Virus record (IMG/VR): IMGVR_UViG_3300033067_001743
Location: 58,496 to 122,495 of that record
Direction: 5' to 3' (one strand)
Source: a virus
Lineage: Duplodnaviria; Caudoviricetes
DNA: 64,000 nucleotides
The number at the start of each line of letters is the position of its first letter. The stretch's first letter is position 1. A program made the position numbers and the translations under genes. Below, one piece after another: positions 56,921-64,000 of the stretch. Under the pieces are notes generated by a model. That model saw nothing but the letters and a program-made list of their open reading frames with translations. It did no database searches and had not been told where the DNA came from.

Positions 56921-58503
56921 CTAAGGTTCTCCTTTTGTCCTGATTTACCTGTAGTCATTTCCCATTGACTTGAACCTAATGGTTCTGGTTTATAAACTGT
57001 TTTGTGTGTGTTTTTTACAGCATTTTTATTCAATTGAATTCCCAATTGTCTTAATCTTAATGCCGTATCTCTTATATACAATCCCATTGCCAAGCACATA
57101 ACTAAATCGTCAGTCTTACCCCTCTGTGCTTGTGGTTTTCCATTCAACCATATAAATACTTTTAGTTCGTTTATTAATCTTTTAGAGTGTATTATAGGAC
57201 TTCTATCTTCAAAGTACATAACTAATTTAGAAATGAATACAGGTCTTAGTCTTGTAGTTGTTGTTAATCCGGGAACCATATCTTCTTTATTAGTAGTATC
57301 ATAGTTTTTTCTCAGATGTATATTTTCATCTAAAAATGGGTCATTCTTATATGAGTAGTATAAGTTTTTATATCCTAAATCTAATGCAACTTGAACAGTA
57401 CTCCATCCTACGTTTTTATTATCTATTACAAGTAGTGCGTTATTATATTCAGTTGCTATTGCAACTCCCATTCTTCCAAAAGTTTGAGTATCTATTTGAC
57501 CTCTATACTCTGCCACTTGTTCACAAGTTTCTACATCAAATACTTCTAAACCTGAATCATCGGCTCCATCACCCCTTGCTGGGTCTTGGATTACAATGTA
57601 ATCTTTTGTTGATTCTGGATATTTCCAAATCCAAAGATCACCTCCAATTCCTCGTGTTTCTATTGGGTCTATTGTTTTATCTTCATACTCTTTTAAAATC
57701 TCTGATTCTATTACAGTATGACCAGAGGTTAAGAAGTCACAGTCACATTCCTGTGATGCCATTCTTTTTCCTAATTGATGATCTTGCTCATCTCTCCATG
57801 TTTGATCTCTTTCTGGATGTAAATACCAAGGCAATCGTATTGTATTAAATTTCTGTAATCCCGGTGTAACCTTTCCCTCTTCTGCTTGAGTCCAAAGTTC
57901 TTCAAACTTATTACCAGTTCCATTTGGAGTTGATAACATTACACACTTACCACCTGTTGCCAAAGTCATTTGTGCTGATGTCCAAATAGCATCTGCTGAT
58001 TCAACAAATGCAAATTCGTCAAATATCAATAAAGATAATGCTGATGATCTGGCTGCATCTGGCGAACTTGATACTGCCTTAATTGAACTACCATTGCTAA
58101 AAGTAAGACTAAGTTTATTGTTGTTTACAATAGATAAACCTTGTTTTAGAAAGTTTGGTAGAAATTCAAATGCCAATTGAACCTTTTCTACTAGGTTCTT
58201 TGCTACTTCTTGAGTTGTAGCGATTACAAGTATTTTAAAATCATCATTGAACATCATCTCATGTAATGCATATCCGGCTACCAGTGTACTGATACCCATT
58301 TGACGAGATTTTAAAATTATATTGTATCTATTCTGTTGTAATTGATATAATGTCTGTTCCTGAAATGGATATAAATCAAATAATATCTTTCCCCTTATTG
58401 GGTGTGCTATTTTAGCATATTTTCTAAAGAAATATACTTGATCTGTTCCACACTTCAAGAATTCATCTTTTACAATTTCTCTTAAATTAGTCTGGTTGCT
58501 TAT
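56908..58503 (-). CDS. Terminase large subunit (gp17-like); start probably ATA at 58503
   Basis: LKSRQMGIST, IFDEFAF, STPNG, DPARGDG.D, DDLVM. Confidence 0.93.
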   Translation of the reverse strand: MSNQTNLREIVKDEFLKCGTDQVYFFRKYAKIAHPIRGKILFDLYPFQEQTLYQLQQNRYNIILKSRQMGISTLVAGYALHEMMFNDDFKILVIATTQEVAKNLVEKVQLAFEFLPNFLKQGLSIVNNNKLSLTFSNGSSIKAVSSSPDAARSSALSLLIFDEFAFVESADAIWTSAQMTLATGGKCVMLSTPNGTGNKFEELWTQAEEGKVTPGLQKFNTIRLPWYLHPERDQTWRDEQDHQLGKRMASQECDCDFLTSGHTVIESEILKEYEDKTIDPIETRGIGGDLWIWKYPESTKDYIVIQDPARGDGADDSGLEVFDVETCEQVAEYRGQIDTQTFGRMGVAIATEYNNALLVIDNKNVGWSTVQVALDLGYKNLYYSYKNDPFLDENIHLRKNYDTTNKEDMVPGLTTTTRLRPVFISKLVMYFEDRSPIIHSKRLINELKVFIWLNGKPQAQRGKTDDLVMCLAMGLYIRDTALRLRQLGIQLNKNAVKNTHKTVYKPEPLGSSQWEMTTGKSGQKENLRWLL

Positions 58504-59152
58504 GGCTCACTCCTCTATTTTCAATATGACCTAACGTTTTCTTTTTAAAAGAGTCATATTGTTCATCAATGTTTTTGATGAATGTTTCTGGGTCTTGAAA
58601 TGACCAATTTTCCATAGGGTTAGTGTCATTTTCATCACCAGCAAAATTTATATTCATTAATTCTTTTTTTAATATCTCTACTTCTGCATCAGCCTGTTTA
58701 AAGAAAGCATATGCATTTTGCTTCATTTTATTTATAGCATATTCATTAAACTGTCCTTTTATTTTTAAAGAAGTTTCCATGCTTATCAAGCATTCTTCAC
58801 ACATTCCCATTATTCGTCTGAACTTTTCGTCTAACCTTGTAGGTTTAATGCAAGTACATACTTCTTTTGGACAATTAGGAAATGATTTTAACCAATCTCT
58901 CAGTTCTTGGAGACTTTTTCCAGCACTTGGATGATAACTTGTTTTTACCCTATAACCTTGTTTTTGTTCAAACCAAGTACTGTTTCCATGTATGTCTTTT
59001 ACCTCCCAAATATCTCCTACTTCTCTCTTTTTATTCTTTTCCATTTCAGAGTTTGTATCTGAAAATCCTACAGTAGTTCTAGTCTGGGTTCTATGGTTTC
59101 CGGCTATCATTTCGTTGACAGCCTTTATGTTTTTTAATTTACTTTCTGACAT
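58487..59152 (-). CDS. Hypothetical protein upstream of terminase
   Basis: REVGDIWE..W.EQKQGY, CPK..C, C..C; function unknown. Confidence 0.6.
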   Translation of the reverse strand: MSESKLKNIKAVNEMIAGNHRTQTRTTVGFSDTNSEMEKNKKREVGDIWEVKDIHGNSTWFEQKQGYRVKTSYHPSAGKSLQELRDWLKSFPNCPKEVCTCIKPTRLDEKFRRIMGMCEECLISMETSLKIKGQFNEYAINKMKQNAYAFFKQADAEVEILKKELMNINFAGDENDTNPMENWSFQDPETFIKNIDEQYDSFKKKTLGHIENRGVSHKQPD

Positions 59153-59619
59153 TCTTCTTTTTTTAGTTTAACATAATATTTAAAACATATATCACCAGCA
59201 AAATCTGCATCTACCTCTTCATATTTAATTCCATCTAATTCGAAACTGTGTAATATTTTATGAATATCAGGATTGTATATTCTTTGCATATCTTTAATTC
59301 CACACTCTTTTACTATATAATGAAATGGTAATGCTTTTACACAATTTTTTATATCAACCTTTTCTACAAACTCATCATATGTGTATGGTTTCCAACTCTG
59401 TCCTATTAATTCAGGATGGCCTTCAATACCCACATAATCAAATTCTACTTTACTCATGTAGTAAACTAAAACTTTATCTTCGTATTTTTGAAAATCAATA
59501 TATACTCCATTAGAATCGTACCAATATTCTCTGCTTGATTTTTCTAAATCAATAAAAACATCTGGTTGATGGTATCCTAATTCTTTTGCTATTTTACTCT
59601 GTTCAAATGGGTAGTTCAT
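59134..59619 (-). CDS. Hypothetical protein
   Basis: 161-aa ORF. Confidence 0.55.
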   Translation of the reverse strand: MNYPFEQSKIAKELGYHQPDVFIDLEKSSREYWYDSNGVYIDFQKYEDKVLVYYMSKVEFDYVGIEGHPELIGQSWKPYTYDEFVEKVDIKNCVKALPFHYIVKECGIKDMQRIYNPDIHKILHSFELDGIKYEEVDADFAGDICFKYYVKLKKEECQKVN

Positions 59620-59830
59620 TCTTTTTTATTTTAAAAATTGGAAATAATTTACAACCAAACATAAAGTGAGAAAATTCTTTATCTTTAAAGTGTTCCTCAC
59701 TTATTCTTGGTATTGAGTTATGTTCAACTATTGTAGAACCCTCTTCTATTAAATCATATTGATAAAAAGAAGAACCAAATTTATCTAATATGGCTGATTT
59801 TTGTGGTTCAAAAATTTCGTCTAGTGTCAT
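59603..59830 (-). CDS. Hypothetical protein
   Basis: 75-aa ORF; ATGA overlap. Confidence 0.5.
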   Translation of the reverse strand: MTLDEIFEPQKSAILDKFGSSFYQYDLIEEGSTIVEHNSIPRISEEHFKDKEFSHFMFGCKLFPIFKIKKNELPI

Positions 59831-60228
59831 TCTTTATTTGGTTCGAATGCTATTTCACATTCATTTGGTTCAAAAGTTATTGTTGCTTGTATTATATCAT
59901 CTACTCCCCAATTTACTTTACCATAATCAATTCCAGTTATATCACCAACTAACCTCCATTCATATATTGGTGTACCTACTGGACTTAATATTTTAATTGT
60001 GAGTTTGGCATTTTCTTTTTTTAAGCCATACAATTCATTTACTGTTATACCTTCAAAGTGATAACATCCTATTTTCAAAGAATTCTTCCACCCATTTTCT
60101 TTTGTCCATTTTGGCAGGTCTACTGATCGACCATAAAACTTTAATCCGGGTGCTTGTCCTGATAGTTCTGCTTGAAATCTAAATTGTAAATTTGGTTTAA
60201 AACTTGTTGGTTCTACTATTCTTGGCAT
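59827..60228 (-). CDS. Shortened tail-tube paralog
   Basis: MPRIVEP..FKPNLQFRF, CYHFEGIT, ILSP.GTP, YG.VNWG.DDIIQ match 24403..24879. Confidence 0.7.
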   Translation of the reverse strand: MPRIVEPTSFKPNLQFRFQAELSGQAPGLKFYGRSVDLPKWTKENGWKNSLKIGCYHFEGITVNELYGLKKENAKLTIKILSPVGTPIYEWRLVGDITGIDYGKVNWGVDDIIQATITFEPNECEIAFEPNKE

Positions 60229-60497
60229 TACTGCTGTTCTCCTTGACTTTGATTGTGCTGTGACTGTACTTTCATATTTGCTATAAAATCGCCAAAACGA
60301 TCTTCTGGAATTCCAAGTAAGTCTGCAAACTTTATTATTGCCTTATATTTATCTGTTGGCATTTGTATTTGAGATAATGACTTCATAAATTCTGGATTGG
60401 CTTTTAACCTATCTATCAATAGTAGTGCATTAGCAGATGCCATTGCATTTGGATCGACATCTTCCATTATTTTATTTAGTAGTGGTTTGAGTTTCAT
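60228..60497 (-). CDS. Small protein with an MKLKPLL..IME leader
   Basis: AGGAG SD; late motif at 60513-60520. Confidence 0.6.
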   Translation of the reverse strand: MKLKPLLNKIMEDVDPNAMASANALLLIDRLKANPEFMKSLSQIQMPTDKYKAIIKFADLLGIPEDRFGDFIANMKVQSQHNQSQGEQQ

Positions 60498-60532
60498 TTA
60501 TATTCTCCTGCATATAAATATTAAAAATTAAA

Positions 60533-62521
60533 CTAAAATCGTTTTTTGTTCCATAAATTGAAAATTGGAACGAGACAACCGAAACTTCCTGTTAACTTTA
60601 AGGTTCTATTATTCCAACTAAAGACTAAACCTTCTATTGGGTTTATTGATTTATACCCACCTATGTCATCAAGCATTTTCATGGAGCCTTCAAATACTTT
60701 ATACTCAATATCATTTTCTAAGTTATCTGAAACCTCTTCTACTATTCCTATTATTCTATTTATATTATTTTTGTAATCCTTTTTTGGGTAGTTTGATCTA
60801 ATAACAGCATTTCCAAGATCAAATATGAACCTTTTTATTTCCGTTTGTACATCTAAAGGTAATTGTGTTATTATACTTGGCTCAGGAATTCTGTATTTTG
60901 TCTGTATATTCAATAACTGCTGAATGTATGTTTTAGAGTTTTGAATCGGTTCTAATTTTACAGGTGTTGTCTCTTTCAATATAAATTCACCAAATGTCTT
61001 TCCAAAAAGTGAACCTATCTCTTTTGGCATTGTAGTGGTTCTGTATGACTCGTTACCATGACTGTCGTATGTTATGAGGGAATGTATAGAAAGTGCCGGG
61101 AAATCGCATTTAAAGACGTTTGTGGCCCTTTCGTGTAGTATCTCAATATTTAGAAATGTTGAGCCATTGTTAAATATTTCATTTATAAAACTTTGGTCTA
61201 TTGTAGAAAGTGCTTTAGTTATTGCCAAAAGTGATTCGCAAAACGCGAATTGCGAATCCGGCTTGCTTTTATACTTTTCCTTTAGTTGATAATAATTCAT
61301 TGGGTTAACTATTGTAGTCTTGTTTCTTGAGCAAAGTACCTCTCCATTTTTATATGTTACTTGTAAATTGTATCCATCTAATTTTAAAGTACAATTCTCT
61401 ATTGATTCTGTATTTTTTGTTACATCAAATACGAACTTTTTTAGTTCTGAAAAAGTCATATCATTTTCATGTGGATGCATTATGTGTCGAGTGTATTTTC
61501 CTTGGTTTGTTGTATTTGCTTCTAACACTGATTTAAACTGCTCAACCTTGTATATGGGATCACTTGTATAAAAATCCTTCTTCCTCATAACTGTTTTTGG
61601 TACAAGATCAAGTTCTTTTTTCTGCTTGTTCCACTTTATTATGAATGGGATGTTTATATCAGAACTCATGTCTTTTAAAACACCTTCGGCTCCTGCATTT
61701 ATCTTGGACAAGGCTTCTCCATATTTTTGAGAAACCTTTTTGAACAACTGTCTTATTTCATCTGCGGCTATTTCAGGTTTATTCCTTGGATCATTCAACC
61801 TTTGGTAGAAGTGACTGTCCTTTAACATAGTCTTGAAGTCTATATCAATACCAAACCTAAAGAACAGTGCATCTGCATACTGTTCCAGTCTCTGCAACTC
61901 TGTTTTACTTATCTGTGCCTCTTTTAGAGTATCTAGTGCCTCTTTCACAAAGGATGGATTTTTAGTCGCTTGGAACTTTCTTCTGAAAGTACTATAAATA
62001 GTCTCGTCTGACCATCCCATTAGGTCAAGCATTTCTTTCCTAGTGCAGTCCGATAGCACTTCCCTTAGATAGGTGCCACACAGTTCATTTCCGTTGTGGT
62101 TTATGCTCACATGCGGAGCCACCACAACATAGGCACTTTCTTTAAAAGAATCCAAATCATGTTGCCCAGTGTAATTTTTGAAATAAGAAGGACTTCCGTC
62201 TTTTTTCTTAAATCCTATCCTTCCATAATCTTTCTGTCCATACACTACTATTAACCTATCCACATTCTTATCAAACTTACTCAAATGATTTATAGGCATA
62301 TAAGGTTTTTCAGACTCTATTATCTTGTCTTTTGAGATTCCATACTTTCTTATTATGCTAGATTTTTCCTCAAAGTTTAAAGGACTTTTACCATCAACTA
62401 CATTACTGGTTGATATATAAACATTATCCGCTCCAAACCTTTCTGTTATCCACTTATAGGTTTGAAAGTGGTGCTTTCCAAATGGTTGAAATCTTCCGGG
62501 GTATATTACTACTGTTCTCAT
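60533..62521 (-). CDS. Multidomain protein: cytidylyltransferase-like, unknown central domain, ligase-like nucleotidyltransferase
   Basis: YPGRFQPFGKHH; HFYQRLNDPRN..KTVMRK; LKLDG..EGLVF..KLTG. Confidence 0.6.
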   Translation of the reverse strand: MRTVVIYPGRFQPFGKHHFQTYKWITERFGADNVYISTSNVVDGKSPLNFEEKSSIIRKYGISKDKIIESEKPYMPINHLSKFDKNVDRLIVVYGQKDYGRIGFKKKDGSPSYFKNYTGQHDLDSFKESAYVVVAPHVSINHNGNELCGTYLREVLSDCTRKEMLDLMGWSDETIYSTFRRKFQATKNPSFVKEALDTLKEAQISKTELQRLEQYADALFFRFGIDIDFKTMLKDSHFYQRLNDPRNKPEIAADEIRQLFKKVSQKYGEALSKINAGAEGVLKDMSSDINIPFIIKWNKQKKELDLVPKTVMRKKDFYTSDPIYKVEQFKSVLEANTTNQGKYTRHIMHPHENDMTFSELKKFVFDVTKNTESIENCTLKLDGYNLQVTYKNGEVLCSRNKTTIVNPMNYYQLKEKYKSKPDSQFAFCESLLAITKALSTIDQSFINEIFNNGSTFLNIEILHERATNVFKCDFPALSIHSLITYDSHGNESYRTTTMPKEIGSLFGKTFGEFILKETTPVKLEPIQNSKTYIQQLLNIQTKYRIPEPSIITQLPLDVQTEIKRFIFDLGNAVIRSNYPKKDYKNNINRIIGIVEEVSDNLENDIEYKVFEGSMKMLDDIGGYKSINPIEGLVFSWNNRTLKLTGSFGCLVPIFNLWNKKRF

Positions 62522-64000
62522 ATTCTTATTTCGTGTTTCATTACTCTACATGTTGATCCTATATAGGCTGTCCAACCAGACTGAGTAGGTGTCATTTGAG
62601 TTCTAAGTTGCATCCTTCCATCTCCTAAGTCTGTAACACCTAATATACTTACCCAAGAGTTTATATCAGGTCTTCCAGTGTATGTAGTTCCATAACACCC
62701 AAATGATCCTGAGTTGTTTCTTGAAGATGTTTGCATGGTTAACCCTGATATAGGTATAGATGCTGCTAGTGTGCCGGGATTTTGAAATCCTCTATACTCA
62801 ATAGTATGCGCCCAGTTGTAAAAGTTTCTAGGGAGCGCAAGTGTACCGCTAATGGCATATATATGAGTCTCTACCCTAACTGCGTATGAGACATGATGTA
62901 TTGAAGATGTTATGGGGGAATACCCTTCACTATCTTTATATACAGGGAAATATATGAAAACGTTGTTAGTTCCTATGGATAAGTTTAATATTGACTGGGT
63001 TACAAAGGTTAGGTTAGTTGACCAAAATGAACTGCTTATACCAAACTCCTGCTCAGACATGTTCATCTGCCTAACCCTATTTATAGTTGAAGAACTTATA
63101 TATGTAAAATCCTTACTGGCCTGTGATCCTGATGGTGTTCCGTCAGAAGTCAGTACTCTATATTGTCCGGGTGTTAGCAGATTTGGCTTATTAGTTATTT
63201 GGTCATAGTTGACTTGTTGAGAAGAACTGTACTGACCATCAAAAGAACCTGAAAAAGAACCAGTGGCACGGTTAACTGTAAATGAGCCAGTGACTATTAG
63301 GCTTCCGCTTATTGTTTGATCTGCTTTAAAGGTATTTGAACCAGTTGTTGCGTAACTTCCTGTTTTTGTTTCTAAATTGTTAAATCTAGTATTGGCAGAA
63401 CCCGTATAGGTATTCAAAGAGCCAGTTGTTTGTTCAATTGTATTTAGCCTAGTATTATTAGAACCAGTATAGTTGTTTAAACTACCCGTGGTCTGTTCTA
63501 TAATATTGAGTCTAGTATTATTTGATCCTGTGTAAGTATTTAGGCTTCCAGTCGTAAGTTCTATGTTACTTAGTCTAGTGCTTGCAGAACCTGTAAATGT
63601 GTTTAGGCTTCCAGTTGTTTGTTCAATAGAATAAACTCTTTTAGAAAGGGAACTTGACACGTCTGTGAACGAACCTGATACGTCCGATCCTATTTGAGCA
63701 GAACTAGAAACTATGCCAGTACCTTTTCTCTCATACCTCGTATCGTATGAAGAAGTAAGTTGTTCAGAACCAGAAGCAACACCAGTAGGTAGTAATGCTT
63801 TTATCTGAGCAGAACTTGATGGCATACCTTGGAAACTACCACTGAAACTACCAGTGATTGATATTGCTATCAATGAACCTGATACATCAATAGAACCAGT
63901 ATTTTTTTGATTACCTATGAACGTGTTTGATCCAGTTGTGGCGTATGAGCCAGTCTTGGTTTCAATAGAGTTCAGTCTTGTGTTAGCCGATCCTGTAAAT
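62518..64000 (-). CDS. Tail fibre-like protein, 5' end outside the window
   Basis: Frame is open to the window edge; SYATTGSN.F and SSSAQ motifs shared with 31447..33243. Confidence 0.7.
   Translation of the reverse strand, partial: FTGSANTRLNSIETKTGSYATTGSNTFIGNQKNTGSIDVSGSLIAISITGSFSGSFQGMPSSSAQIKALLPTGVASGSEQLTSSYDTRYERKGTGIVSSSAQIGSDVSGSFTDVSSSLSKRVYSIEQTTGSLNTFTGSASTRLSNIELTTGSLNTYTGSNNTRLNIIEQTTGSLNNYTGSNNTRLNTIEQTTGSLNTYTGSANTRFNNLETKTGSYATTGSNTFKADQTISGSLIVTGSFTVNRATGSFSGSFDGQYSSSQQVNYDQITNKPNLLTPGQYRVLTSDGTPSGSQASKDFTYISSSTINRVRQMNMSEQEFGISSSFWSTNLTFVTQSILNLSIGTNNVFIYFPVYKDSEGYSPITSSIHHVSYAVRVETHIYAISGTLALPRNFYNWAHTIEYRGFQNPGTLAASIPISGLTMQTSSRNNSGSFGCYGTTYTGRPDINSWVSILGVTDLGDGRMQLRTQMTPTQSGWTAYIGSTCRVMKHEIRI
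63355..63640 (-). repeat. Degenerate 63-bp (21-aa) tandem repeat, about 4-5 copies
   Basis: IEQTTGSLNTYTGSNNTRLN repeated. Confidence 0.8.

Noticed and set aside
58487-59152. Terminase small subunit
   Set aside because: Position fits but there is no recognisable motif; left as hypothetical.
63355-63640. CRISPR array or DGR repeat
   Set aside because: These are in-frame 63-bp coding repeats with synonymous variation; there are no unique spacers and no reverse transcriptase in the window.
1-64000. Stop-codon reassignment
   Set aside because: Core genes are full-length in code 11, and TAA, TAG and TGA all terminate genes.
1-64000. tRNA or rRNA genes
   Set aside because: Intergenic gaps are short and I recognised no cloverleaf or T-loop signature; tRNAscan was not run.

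Overview
This is a 64-kb AT-rich segment of a large T4-like myovirus, with almost all genes on the minus strand. TAnnTTTG host-type promoters, a T9SS-tagged protease and a phage bS21 point to a Bacteroidota host. From right to left (the direction of transcription) it carries: a tail fibre, a multidomain nucleotidyltransferase, terminase, portal, prohead protease, bS21, scaffold and major capsid protein; an early accessory block (PNK, RNA ligase, ATP-grasp, secreted metalloprotease, J-domain pseudokinase/vWA/PurA-like module); PhoH, fibres, neck, sheath, tail tubes, tape measure and baseplate genes; and a replication block (split PolA-like gene, ADP-ribosylglycohydrolase, gp32, UvsX, exonucleases, helicase, NrdJ). 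The main points of interest are: (1) most late genes have Shine-Dalgarno sites while most early genes and the phage bS21 gene do not; (2) a PolA-like gene is split by a four-gene insert; (3) a late-expressed T9SS cargo protease; (4) a coding-strand ATATTTATA late-promoter-like motif; (5) two candidate frameshifts and a likely AUA start for terminase; (6) a deletion scar of an RNA ligase gene; (7) apparent avoidance of AGCT and CCWGG. All family assignments come from motif recognition by eye; no searches were run.
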